Assembly (NCBI GenBank): GCA_964016885.1
Contig: OZ024760.1
Location: 28,520,001 to 28,584,000, forward strand
DNA length: 64,000 nt
Reading direction: 5' to 3'
Source of the DNA: Eledone cirrhosa
Taxonomy: Eukaryota
Numbering within the stretch: the stretch's first letter is position 1; every line of letters begins with the position of its first letter. Positions 11,796 to 24,565 of this stretch are shown piece after piece. The notes under the pieces are model-generated. The model saw only the letters and a program-made list of their open reading frames with translations. It had not been told where the DNA came from and made no database searches. A program made the position numbers and the translations under genes.

Positions 11796-11969
11796 GGTCT
11801 GATTAAGGGCCAAGGCTAACAATTTTGGGGGAGGGGAACATCGATAAATCGATCACAGTGCATTATTGCCAGACAAAAATATAGTAAAACACATGCAAAA
11901 CAAATACATCGCCGCCGCCACATGATAAAATGAATAATATTGAAGAATTAAATTATAAATAAAGGATAT

Positions 11970-12157
11970 TGTCCCAGCAAGAGATGAGAACAGTGAGGCG
12001 TTTTCCAATTTGGTGAGGGTGTTTTTTCGATGTTCTCATTTATATTAGTGTTACTGGCACCCAACGATAAATTCAGACATTGTAACAACATCAAAATATG
12101 TAAAATATAACCAGAAACAAGGTAATATTTCGCTATCAGCTGGTAGAAACGAGACAT
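11970..12157 (-). CDS. TM2D1: TM2D1-like coding exon 1 (signal-peptide-like N-terminus)
   Basis: MSRFYQ...ILHILMLLQCLNLSLGA...PHCSHLLLG(Q): hydrophobic leader, then C-x2-L-x2-GQ as in recalled TM2D1 CEDLKVGQ. Ends at a U12 donor. Confidence 0.85.
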
Positions 12158-12417
12158 CCTGCCATTAGGTAAAACAACCGAAGCACTACCAAAGAAATTA
12201 CTATAGTTTATAACAACAGTAGAACTATAACCGCAGAATAAAAAGAGTGCATTAGAAAGTTGATGTTAATGAAGTATTAATGAACCGAATAAAAAAATTA
12301 CTAAAGTGTGCTCAATTAAAATAAAGATAAAGAATCAATGACATATATTTATTGAACAATGATTTGTAGAAATCGATGAGTTTTATTGCAGTTGTTTATG
12401 TTAGGTGTTAAATTTTT

Positions 12418-12481
12418 CACTTCCGTTTTGTTACAATCGTTAAGTATCGTATGAATACATTTCAGGATGTGACGCCATTTT
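12418..12481. promoter_or_regulatory. Candidate TM2D1 promoter motifs (ETS-like CACTTCCG, YY1-like CGCCATTTT)
   Basis: Both motifs lie 260-325 bp upstream of the start codon in unique sequence. Motif match only. Confidence 0.4.
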
Positions 12482-12534
12482 ACATTTGTAAGTTTCGGAG
12501 GTCAAGGTGATGTAGTACCTAGATTTGAATGAAT

Positions 12535-12825
12535 GTAGTAGTAGTTGTGGTAGTAGTAGTGGTGGTGGTGTGGTAGTAGTAGTAGTAGTGATGGTGGTAG
12601 TAGTAGAAATGATAATGATAGTAGTAGTAGTTGGGCTAGTAGATTTAGTAGTGGTGGTGGCAGCTGTTGTAGTAGAAATTATAATAGTAGTAGTGTTAGT
12701 GGTAGCAGTAGTAGTGGTGGTAGTACTAATAGTGGTAGCGGTACTAGTAGATTTAGTAGTAGTGGTAGTAGTAGTAGTAGCAGTAGTAGTAATAGTAGCA
12801 GTAATATTAGTAGTAGTAGTAGTAA
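12535..12825. repeat. (GTA)n/(GTG)n degenerate trinucleotide repeat
   Basis: Direct reading; produces the poly-Val ORF. Confidence 0.95.
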
Positions 12826-13154
12826 TATGGCATTGATCCTAGAGGGGGTTAGCTAGATATGACAGTTGAGGTGTAAATGATCAGCAGGTGTTTGTAATGT
12901 TAATTAACATTATATGAATGTACACAGGTGGAATATTTTTCATTAGGTGCAAAGAATTATTGTAATCCGGTAAATAAATATAGACCAGGTCGAAACACAG
13001 AGGAACCAAACTCCATCTCTCCATATCTATCACTATTATGAGTAGATAAGGATCCTGGGTCAAACAGTAATTAAACCTGAACAGTAGCGGGACAGAGGTT
13101 AAATAACAATAACAACAACAAATTATTATTGAATTGTTTTTAGTATTATTATTA

Positions 13155-13336
13155 AGGTGTGTGAATCGGTGGAGCGTCAGACACCATGATTTGCAGCATA
13201 GAGTTATGGACCTTTACGTTCTGAGTTCAAATCCCGCTGAGGTTAGCTTTGCTTTTCATCCTTACAGGGTCGATGAAATAAGGTACCAGTAATGCACTGG
13301 AGTAATTGCTGGCCTTGTGCCCAAAGTAGAAACAAC
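13155..13336 (+). mobile_element. SINE family A copy
   Basis: B-box GTTCAAATCC, core and tail as at 9141. Confidence 0.85.
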
Positions 13337-13359
13337 GTGTGTGAATGATTAAATAATTA

Positions 13360-13416
<57 letters not shown>

Positions 13417-13721
13417 TTTCGTTTCTGAATTTGTTTAGCAAGATTCTTTATCTGAAAACGTGTGTTGAACATACACAAAAACAAGATGGCGTAGGACAGA
13501 ACAAAGGAGAGGCATAAAAACAAAGAAAATAATCCTCAGTCACTGAAGAGGTCACAAAATGTGTGACGAAAGAACTTTGACAATATATGAACAATCGTCT
13601 GATTGTGGAACCAACCAACCAACCAGAAATTTATAAATTTATTATAAATTTATTATAATAAATTGAAGTTATACAACTGGTGCGTGTGTTTCTTATTGGC
13701 AACATGACCCTCCCAAAGTAT

Positions 13722-13784
<63 letters not shown>

Positions 13785-14373
13785 GAGAAGAAAGAAGAAT
13801 ACTGCGTGGTTGCACATGATAAAAATAGTCCTTCGTCATTGATATTTCATCGCATTAAAAATCATATACCTCAGGTTGGTGCGAACAATAACTAAAAAAA
13901 GCTATTGGGACAAGTAAATCGCGTAAAGCGAGTGAGACAAGTAAACAACATAGAAGGATGAAAGCAACGCAAAGATGGGAATAAACAAGCAACATGGTTA
14001 TCCGGTCAGCATAAACTGGGTGGATTTCATGAGCGATCGAGTTACAGACCGTCCGACCTGAGTGAGATGTGAGCAAGAAGAGAACCCACTACTAGCCCAC
14101 GGGAGGAAGTGAGAAGGGGAGAAACAGAGGGTGAGTGAGTGGAAGTGCGAGGAAGAGGTCAGTCGAGAGAAAGTGTAACTGACAGAGGGGGCGAAAGAAG
14201 GTGAGAGCAACAGAGAGAGCGGGGAAGCAGTAAGAGAGAAACAGACAAACGCAGCCGAGGTAAATATATATATAAAACATGATATATATATATACGAGAA
14301 ACTGTTGAGTGCTTTTATATCAGTTATAAAATATTTACTCGTTGTAACCCAACAATTTTAAATATAACTTTTG

Positions 14374-14404
<31 letters not shown>

Positions 14405-14563
14405 CCAGGAAGTGTAAGGTGAAGTTACTGTAGGTTGACTCGGGTGAGCACTCGAGGTTTAAGTTCACGTCAGTAGCGAGGTGTAGAGCTAGACAAAGTG
14501 CAATATATATATATATATATATAATACAAGGACGATTTGTTATGTCTTCATTGCGTTCATTGA

Positions 14564-14641
14564 TTGAGGACGCGCGTTTCGCTATTGATCAGCTCAAGGT
14601 TCGATCTGGCCCGACTCTGGAATCAAAAGCTCATCGGTCAA
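14564..14641 (-). ncRNA. Degenerate hammerhead motif with CGCGCG stem III
   Basis: Minus strand TTGA-CCGATGA-GC...GC-GAAA-CGCGCG-TC-CTCAA; U4 changed to C. Confidence 0.5.
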
Positions 14642-15157
14642 CTTGTTCATCGGCACGGGTTGAACAAGTTGACCATCATACGATCAACGAAACCTACGTA
14701 CTTGCTATGGCGTCGTTGTAGTTCTGACCTAAACCTAAATATAATGTATATGAGGTCTGACAGAATACAGTTATATAACTGCCATAGACCAGATAATATG
14801 TCAAAATGATCAACCCTCCGAAACGATCGTAAAACAGATATGAATAGGTAAAATAACTCGACTTTGTTGTTATATTTTCATTTTTAAATTAATACCTGGA
14901 AGCATTTCTGAATGGTGAGGGGAGCATATTTGGTCTATTAGTAAGAAAACTTCGATATGCGATAAACGTAACATGTACACAAATAGTTTATTGTTTAAGA
15001 ATATACATATATCTGCTATCTCTAGTACTAACTGATTAGCCGATAGATATGTGTAGATTCTTAAACACAAAAAGGTGTGTTTTGGTAGTTTAGGGAGAAA
15101 AATATATAATTATTGTGGAGAGGGGGAATGGCACCACAGTTCTACCACCCCTGTATA

Positions 15158-15228
<71 letters not shown>

Positions 15229-15593
15229 CAAATTTAGACAGGAACAAAACAGAGAGGCAGACAAATAAAGGTTTATTAGGTTCACGCCCTCGAGAGTGGG
15301 GTGGGTGGTGGGGCGTTTCGGGCATAAGCCCTTCTTCGGGATAAATAGGTTAGGAAGAGAGTTCCGAGGGTATGTGGAAATACATTTAGAAAAAAGGGGG
15401 AAGGAGAACAAATAAAAACAAAACAAATAAAGGTAAAAATAAACATAAGAATTAACAATAAGATGAGCAAGTGGTGGAAGGGTGTGAGGCGTGTAAGGGT
15501 GTGTGTGTGTTATGTATTTCCGTAGAAAAGGTAAAGGAAAATAGAGTGCTCTATGTATAGTACAGAGCTATTTATCAAAGATTCATTATTTCT

Positions 15594-15780
15594 TGGATTG
15601 GCAGTATCGGTAGAGGGTCGGACGTCATGCTTTGACGCATAGAGTTACGGCCCTTGCCATTCTGAGTTCAAATCCCGCCGAGGTTAACTTTGCCTTTCAT
15701 CCTTACGGGGTCGATAAAATAAAGTACCAGTAATGCACTGAGGTAATAGCTGGCCTTGTGCCAAAAGTAGAAACAATTAT
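15594..15780 (+). mobile_element. SINE family A copy
   Basis: TGGCAGTATCGG A-box, GTTCAAATCC B-box, shared core and tail. Confidence 0.9.
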
Positions 15781-15979
15781 TTCTTTCTATCACAATCTTA
15801 TATATACCCCCCTCTCTCTCTCTCTATATATATATATATAGAGAGAGAGAGAGGTATATATATAAGATTGTGATAGAGAGAAATTATGAATCTGATAAAA
15901 GGTTAAGTCAACAGGTTATGAGTGAGAGGGGGGGGGAGACTGGTTTTTAAACACCGCCAAAACAGTCATACATAAGTTA

Positions 15980-16670
15980 TATATATATATATATATATAC
16001 ACACACTCAGATATATATATATATATATGATACATATGCATGACGTACATAATTTATTATCACATACACACACTTGTATAGGTAAGTATATACACACGCA
16101 CATGTTTGTATGAATTCAAATGACGCATATATATATATATATATATGTATGTATATATAAGTATATATACACACAGATAATACTCACACCTTACATAAGC
16201 AACATGTACACGATTTACACACACATATATATATATGTATACAAACATATATACACATACACACACACATATCTATATGTATAGTAACATATATACACAT
16301 ACACACACATATATATATATATGTGTATGTGTATATATACATACACACATATATATATGTATACAAACATATATTCACACACACATATATATATATATAT
16401 ATACAAACATATATATATACACACATATATATATATATGTATACAAACATATACACACATACACATATATATATATGTATACAAACATATATACACATAC
16501 ACACACATATATGTGTACAAACACACACACACTTATATATGTATACAAACATATACACACACACATATATATATATATATACACATACATATATGTATAC
16601 AAACATGTACACACACACACACACATACATATATATATATGTATAGAAACATATATACACATACATATTC
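15980..16670. repeat. Compound (TA)n/(CA)n low-complexity tract
   Basis: Direct reading. Confidence 0.95.
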
Positions 16671-16838
16671 ACTGACGGTGAAAGAAGTAGAATTAAACGA
16701 TAGAATTAAGAAAAATATATAGAGATAATAATAGATTACAATATAATTTATATCATATCGTAGACATTTCTTTTTATTCAACAAATCTGAGCAGATAATC
16801 ATAACAACAATAATAATATAAGTACGAACGATATTAAT

Positions 16839-16903
<65 letters not shown>

Positions 16904-17210
16904 GAGCACTTCGTCCTGTTGAGTGTAACTTGATGTATATTTATTATCTACCTGTAATTTAACCCATCAGGCATCAGGTGGTGGCAACTGACTTTTCAGA
17001 GTTGGACAGGTGGACGAAAGTAATAATATATATAATATATAATATATTGTAATTTATAAATAACTAAACAACAACTAAAATATCATCACTGCCGGGGTAA
17101 GGTGTTTTCCAATAGCAAATTTCTTTTAAGCTTATATTTTTTTTCACTTCTTTAAATAATTATTTCTATCTATCTCTCTTTCTTTACACACACACACACA
17201 CATATATATA

Positions 17211-17253
<43 letters not shown>

Positions 17254-17254
17254 A

Positions 17255-17305
<51 letters not shown>

Positions 17306-17452
17306 CTGTTAATGTATATATATACACATATATTAACAGTTTGATTCGTTCATTTAATATAAATACTTTTTATTTCCACGTTGTTTTGTGTCGATTGCCC
17401 ACTTTTCGTTTGTACAAATACCTATATTTATTTATATATCTATAAATATATA

Positions 17453-17509
<57 letters not shown>

Positions 17510-17592
17510 ATAATAATAAATTTGAAGACTAAAATCCAAAGAGGGCTCGATAAGGATAAATATATATCAAATATATAAGAACCGTAGAGCAA

Positions 17593-17709
17593 ATATTTAT
17601 TAAAATAACAGATTAAAGTTTAAGCAAAGAATCGCTGCTTTCACCCTTAACGGGATCTTCTGATCAGCGATTCTTTGCTTAAACTTTAATCTGTTATTTT
17701 AATAAATAT
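17593..17709. repeat. Inverted repeat (45-bp arms) whose spacer is a degenerate hammerhead core
   Basis: 17593-17637 is the reverse complement of 17665-17709; spacer on the minus strand reads CAGAAGA-TCCC-GTTAA-GGGT-GAAA. Confidence 0.8.
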
Positions 17710-18085
17710 ATATATATATATATTGTTATATTTGGGAGGGTTAGGTATATTCTTGTCTGTTTTTGTTTTTTCATATATATATAGTAAGGTGGGTGTAAAG
17801 CACAGGGATTCCACATGCAGTTACCTGTTAAATAATGTCTAAAATCAGTGTTTCCCCATTCAACCTGCGGTCAGTGGATCCTTGGGAGGTCAGTTAATAA
17901 AGATACGAACTATATACTAGTATTGAGGATGTGAACTTGTTGAGTAGAGGCAAACCTTCCAAAAATATGGGGCCCGCGAGTAATTAGAGGGAAAATTCGT
18001 TTAAATTAGCCATCATAGTGAAAAGCTTTGGAACCAAACAACCGCTTTAAACTAATTAATAAATCGGCTTTATATGTTTACACAC

Positions 18086-18134
<49 letters not shown>

Positions 18135-18238
18135 GCATGTGTGTATGTATGTTTTAATGCATGTTAACATACATACCCTTTCTTAAGACGTGTTTTGGGG
18201 AAGTTACACGGAACCACCTGCAAGGTGTGTAATCTCTC

Positions 18239-18307
<69 letters not shown>

Positions 18308-18496
18308 TCGTACATATATTTTGAAATTAAATGTTTACAATCGGCTTTTCAATGTGTATACAAACGTGTAAATTTACACACCGCTAGAGCGAGTGGTAGT
18401 AATTGTATATAGTTTAAAATCTCTTCTCTCACGTATTTAACAGGCCTGTCAATTGTATATATATGTATAAATATAAATATATATATATATATATAT

Positions 18497-18593
18497 AAGG
18501 TGTCCCCCAAAATGTATACACACTTCAACAACATTCTAATAAATATTACATGTACTGGTAATCAAAGTATGTATACATTTTTGGGGGACATCC

Positions 18594-18596
<3 letters not shown>
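18497..18596. mobile_element. Tc1/mariner-type MITE (~100 bp)
   Basis: Imperfect TIRs GGTGTCCCCAAAATGTATACACACTT / AAGTATGTATACATTTTTGGGGGACATCCTG in TA context. Confidence 0.65.
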
Positions 18597-18626
<30 letters not shown>

Positions 18627-18943
18627 TTATGGGAAATGATATATTTAATATATGTCATGAAATAATACAGCCAATTATCCACACAATACAATATAGTTAG
18701 CACCCCAAACGTTTAATTGGGAATATACTCGGGTATTTCCTAATGTTTGTTGAGTGAGTTGGAATTTGGCCGGAGTATCGCTATTAGCTTTCTCCGTTTA
18801 TGTAATTATATATATATATATTTATATATAATATGTTTACAACCGACCTTTCAATGTGTATGCTTGCGTGTAATTTTACACACCTTTCTCTACAAGTACT
18901 TTTTATATTTTTTATGTTATAACTGTTACGCATTTTAAGTAAG

Positions 18944-19185
18944 CTGTTTGTGTAAAGTTACACACTTACAGGTACCGTTTGTGTAAAGTTACACACTTAC
19001 AGGCACCGTTTGTGTAAAGTTACACACGCACCGTTTGTGTAAAGTTACACACTTATAGGCACCGTTTGTGAAAAGTTACACACTTGCAGGCACCGTTTGT
19101 GTAAAGTTACACACACACTTACAGGCACCGTTTGTGTAAAGTTACACACACACCACCGTGTGTGTAAAGTTACACACTCACACAC
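18944..19185. repeat. ~31-bp minisatellite
   Basis: CCGTTTGTGTAAAGTTACACACTTACAGGCA units. Confidence 0.9.
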
Positions 19186-19849
19186 AAAGTGCTTGTTTGT
19201 GTGTAAACCAGGTTTTAAAAACAATTTAACGAATGTTTATGTATGTATACTTATGTTTTACACATTTTTTTTATAACGAGTGTATATATTATATATTACA
19301 AACAATATAGTTTATAATAATAAAAATATTGTTTACATTTTCCATTTTCATTAAAAGGTTAACTTTGCCTTTCATCAGTAATACACTGAGATAATTGCTG
19401 GCCTTGTGCCAAAAGTAGAAACAATTATATATATATATATATATATATACTCCCCTACACACACATGTATGTATATTATACACACTATATATTCACCCTA
19501 CATGCACACATATATGATGGTATTTACGGGCATACGGTTTGTTTATAAATTGTTGACAATATATTTGTTTACGAATCTCCTTTCATTAGCCTGCTTGGCA
19601 ATCTGAAAACAACGTAGACCTGTAGTATATAATGTTCACGGGTGGAAACCACTTTATATAATGATTTCTTTCGAATGAAACAGTTCTAATCCTGTAGAAG
19701 CCATTTCTATATTAAATTTTGTATATACTATACTAATGTATTGAGTACTTCACTTACTGTGGTTGTTACCCCCGATTGAACCCGGGCCTCACACACATCT
19801 CTCTCTCCCCCTCTCTCTACCCCTCTCTCTTTCTATATATATGTATATA

Positions 19850-20016
19850 TAACAAAGAGGGTGTGGTAAGATACCAGATGGACCATAACGCACCTGAGTA
19901 CTCAATACTTAGGGTAGTAGAGTGGGAAGTAGGAAAAGAGTCAGGACCCCGACGGCTGAGCTCTGGCCGTTTCGAATCTAGCTGTCGAAACGGCCGGAGC
20001 TCAACCGTCCTGACTA
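19850..20016 (-). mobile_element. Family P fold-back half-hammerhead element
   Basis: Reverse-oriented tail plus imperfect palindrome TCAGGAC...GAAACGGCCGGAGCTCAACCGTCCTGA. Confidence 0.7.
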
Positions 20017-20265
20017 TCTCTCTCTATATATATATTTATAGATTGTCATGTATGTATAATATGGGATTGTGGGTCTGGTGTATATAATTGAAAGGGTATA
20101 TTATGTCATCCATACAAATTGGATGACATCCAGTAGATAACGGGTATGTTGTGCCGTTTAGTGTATATTATTGTTAAAGTTTGCTCTTCTGTAAAAAACG
20201 ACATGTAGCTCTTTAAATATGTTTACAAGGGACATGATTGTGCGTCTATAAAAGTAACCAATAAT

Positions 20266-20452
20266 TGTTTCTACTTTTGGCACAAGGCCAGCAAATACCC
20301 AGTGCATTACTGGTACTTTATTTTATCGACCCCGGAAGGATGAAAGGCAAAGTTAACCTCGGCGGGATTTGAACTCAGATCATACAGGGAGGTAACTCTA
20401 TGCTTCAAAGCATGGTGTCCGACCCTCTACCGATACTGCCAATCCACCGCCT
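20266..20452 (-). mobile_element. SINE family A inserted in the Helitron, with 17-bp target-site duplication
   Basis: TAAAAGTAACCAATAAT at 20249-20265 and 20453-20469 flanks a full reverse-oriented copy. Confidence 0.92.
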
Positions 20453-20486
20453 TAAAAGTAACCAATAATGCCTTACCTAATGATGT

Positions 20487-20800
20487 GAAGGCACATGGCT
20501 TAGTGGTTACAGCATTGGGCTTGCAATGAAAAGGTTGTGAGTTCAATTCTCGGATCGGGGGATGCATTGTGTCCTTGAGCAAGACACTTTATTTTTACGT
20601 TGCTCCAGTTTACTCAGTTGTAGAATTGAGTAGCGACATCTCTGGTGCCAAGCTGTATCAGCCATTGCCTTTTCTTTGGACATCATCGGTGGTGTGGAGA
20701 GGGGTGAGATTGGTATACATCGGTGACTGGCTGGTCTTCTACAAATAACCTTGCCCGGACTTGTGCCTTGAAGGGAAACTTTCTAGGTGCAAATCGAAGA
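20487..20800 (+). mobile_element. tRNA-derived SINE family B inserted in the Helitron
   Basis: TGGCTTAGTGG A-box, GAGTTCAATTC B-box, TGTGTCCTTGAGCAAGACACTTTA core. Confidence 0.85.
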
Positions 20801-22922
20801 GGGTCTTCAAATGATGCTCAGAATCAACGCAACCTTGGGGAAATAAGTTATCTTGGCTGCAGGTATGTGTCTCCGCCTGAAGCAGTGTGGCGTCTCTCTG
20901 AAATTAAGCTTCATGGTACATCACATACAGTGTACAAGCTAGCCATACAACTGGAGAACAAACAAACAGTTTATTTTCAAAGAGCTAATGCTCTGGTTGC
21001 AGCAAAAATGCATGGACACTGAGATACGACCCTTACTGCCTGGTTCAAGCTAAATGAAGAAGACAAATGCAAGCAAATATCTACATCCAGAAATTCTAGA
21101 ACAATATGTGTTCAATGAAACCAACGGAAAATGGGTGCCAAGAAGAAGGAACAATAATATCATTAGTAGAATGTCTTGTTGAACATTTTTATGTAAGGCG
21201 CTAAAAGTTTTGAAGGCTACGAACAATGGAGGGAGAAACATTTCCAATCTTCAAAGAGGCCTGCTTGCAACTTGGCCTTATTGAAAATACTGAATATTTA
21301 GGCCAAGCTCTGCAGGTTGCTGCTACCCACCATATGCCAACACAACTTCGTATGATGTTTGCTGTTCTGTCTGTTTATTCTGTGCCAGCCAATGCACTGC
21401 AATTATGGAACTCTCATAAGGAGTCAATGATTGAGGACTATTTACATCGAGGAATGGATAGTCAGTTAGCTGAAAATATGGCACTTGGTTACATTAATGC
21501 AATATTGATTGAAAATGGTACCAACTGTGCAAGACTGGGTCTACCTCAGCCGATTGAGATACTTCAACCTGATCCTCAAGTTGAGATCAGGCACCCTAAT
21601 ATTGATTTTCTTACTGAAGAGCAACAAATGATTGCTGATGCTGTTCAGAAGAGAGAAAAAAGGTGAAAGGCCTGCACATATCTGCTTCTCTGTAGATGCA
21701 CTTGGAGGTTGTGGTAAAATATACCTGTTCAATACTCTGATTTTTCACCTCCAGATGATTAACTATCAGGTATGTTGCAGTGCTTGGACTGACATAACAT
21801 CTACACTGCTGCTAGGAGGTAGAACTGTGCACAATTTATTCAAATGACCTGTTCCACTAACAGAGACCAGTGTATGTAATGTGTATGGCTCATCTGACCA
21901 TGCCAATTACAGAACCTGGATCTCATAATACTTGATGAGGCTTCTGTGATTCCTTCCTATGCAATTCATGCCATTCACAAGTGCCTTCAAGTCATCACTG
22001 GTGTCAATGAAGTGTTTGGGGGAAAGGTTTTGCTTTTAGGTGATGTCAGGCAACTGCTGTCAATATTACCAAGGAGTACCCATGAAGCCACATTAGAAAT
22101 ATGCCTTAAAAACTCCCATTTCTGGTACTTCTTTCAACATTTTAGATTAAGCAATAATGTCAGAGTAAGAGAAGATCAGAGAGAGTTTGTGAAGTGGCAG
22201 CTACATCTTGGTAATGGAACAACACCTTCAATTGAAGGATTGAATATAAATGATGTTGAAGTGCCTCCATTATCATGTGTAGATGACTTTTTAGTGAAAC
22301 ACATTTTCAGTAATACAACGCCACAAGAATGCTAATTGCCTATTAATCAATGAATAGGTTCTCGGACAGCTCCCTGTAACACCCATACTTATTACAGAAC
22401 CGATAGATAGATATAGTGCTCGCTGATGAGCCTACAAAGGTGGACAGATGTTCTACTGAATTTCTGAACTTACACCTTCTAGGATGTCGCTTCAAAAACT
22501 CCAATTAAAAACAGGATCATTTATAATGCTTCTACGGAATATTTCAATCCAGAACAGATTATGCAATGGCACAAGATTAGAAGTAGTGAGACTGCATCAA
22601 CATTTTATCAAAGCTTTTCATATCAATGGTCCTTTGATGAGCAGGTGTGTTTTGATCCCAAGACTGAAGTTAGCCCCCAGTGATCCCAACATCCCTTTTA
22701 CTTTGGAAAGACCCCAGTTTCCATTAAGACTGTCGTATGCTATGACAATAAACAAAAGCCAGGGTCAAACAGATGATAAAGTGGGTCTGTTCCTTCCTGA
22801 GCCACTATTTAGCCATGGGCCATTGTATGTCGCTTTTTCAAGAGTTTGTAGTCAGTCTTCTTCGCCCACTTATTCCTGAGGGTTGTGGGGGAAGAGTCCT
22901 CAAACACTGCTTCCAGTTATTA

Positions 22923-23336
22923 CGGTAGATTGGCAGTAATTGGTAGAGCATCGGATATCCTGCTTAGTGGCATAGAGCTATGGCCTTTTACGTTCTGAGT
23001 TCAAATCCCACCGGAGTTAACTTTGCCTTTCATCCTTATGGGGTCGATAAAATAAAGTACCAGTAATGTACTGGGTATTTGCTGGCCTTGTGCCAAAAAG
23101 TAGAAACAATTATTAGAGTATATTGGCACTAATCGGTAGAGCATCAGACACCCTGCTTCGTGGCATAGAGTTACGGCTCTTTGCGTTCTGAGCTCAAATC
23201 TCACCGAGGTTAACTTTGCCTTTCATCCTTACGGGGTCGATAAAATAAAGTACCTGTAATGTACTGAGGTTGATTTAATCAACTTTTCCTGCCCCTCATA
23301 TTGCTGGCCTTGTGCCTAAAGTAGAAACAATTATTA
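22923..23336 (+). mobile_element. Two tandem SINE family A copies
   Basis: Two successive head-core-tail units. Confidence 0.85.
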
Positions 23337-23361
23337 TGGTTGATATTTCAGCTTTCTTTAC

Positions 23362-24223
23362 TATCTTACCTGGCCACAATAACCCCCTCCTATCTTACCT
23401 TGCCACAATAACCCCCTTATCTTACCTGGCCACAATAACCCCTCCTATCTTACCTTTCCACAATAACCCCCTCCTATCTTACCTTGCCACAATAACCCCC
23501 TCCTATCTTACCTTGCCACAATAACCCCCTCCTATCTTACCTTGCCACAATAACCCCTCCTATCTTACCTTGCCACAATAACCCCCTCCTATCTTACCTT
23601 GCCACAATAACCCCCTCCTATCTTACCTTGCCACAATAACCCCCTCCTATCTTACCTTTCCACAATAACCCCCTCCTATCTCACCTTGCCACAATAACCC
23701 CCTCCTATCTTACCTGGCCACAATAACCCCCTCCTATCTTACCTGGCCACAATAACCCCTCCTATCTTACCTGGCCACAATAACCCCCTCCTATCTTACC
23801 TTGCCACAATAACCCCCTCCTATCTTACCTTTCCACAATAACCCCCTCCTATCTTACCTTGCCACAATAACCCCCTCCTATCTTACCTGGCCACAATAAC
23901 CCCCTCCTATCTTACCTTGCCACAATAACCCCCTCCTATCTTACCTTGCCACAATGACCCCCTCCTATCTTACCTGGCCACAATAACCCCCTCCTATCTT
24001 ACCTTTCCACAATAACCCCCTCCTATCTTACCTGGCCACAATAACCCCCTCCTATCTTACCTTGCCACAATAACCCCCTCCTATCTTACCTTGCCACAAT
24101 GACCCCCTCCTATCTTACCTGGCCACAATAACCCCCTCCTATCTTACCTTGCCACAATAACCCCCTCCCATCTTACCTTGCCACAATAACCCCCTCCCAT
24201 CTTACCTGGCCACAATAACCCCT
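23362..24223. repeat. 29-bp minisatellite (~30 copies)
   Basis: ATAACCCCCTCCTATCTTACCTTGCCACA units. Confidence 0.97.
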
Positions 24224-24565
24224 CAGTCACCTTTCCTTCCTCTATATAAACCTCCCTTATTCTCTTTAACCCCATTAAAAGTGCTGCTGTTGATAAGGAA
24301 ATTCTTTAAATATTATTTCAAACAATGACTTTGTCACCTCTTCCTCTCCTTCCTCTATTGCCTTTCTTCCTCTCCTACTCCCTCTATTGCTTTTCTTCCT
24401 CTTCTCACTCCCTCTTCTACTCCCTCATTCTCTCTCTCATACATTGCTTCTCTTTCCTTTTCTCTTCCTCCACCTATAACAACAGATCAAACAAACTTTA
24501 TAGAAACAGTTAACTTTCAGAACAGACCTAGTTTAGCTGAACTGCCTCAGTCTGAGTGTGTGAAA

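Larger units (their letters stand above)
6556..11969 (-). other. U12-type (minor spliceosome) intron, apparent AT-AA termini
   Basis: 5' end ATATCCTTT (11969-11961); branch site TTTCTTAAC (6574-6566); last nucleotides ...TCTACCGTAA; phase-2 join CA|A restores G-Q-Y-L-C. Confidence 0.8.
20133..22850 (+). pseudogene. Decayed Helitron Rep-helicase (Rep C-terminal part plus PIF1-family helicase)
   Basis: VDNGYVVPF, FKYVYKGHDCA (Rep), RYVSPPEAVWRL, Walker [61 protein letters not shown]. Multiple stops/frameshifts and two SINE insertions. Confidence 0.93.

Noticed and set aside
12525-12836. Poly-valine ORF
   Set aside because: (GTA)n/(GTG)n trinucleotide repeat.
21226-22879. Host PIF1 helicase gene
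   Set aside because: No introns, many stops/frameshifts, and upstream Helitron Rep motifs.
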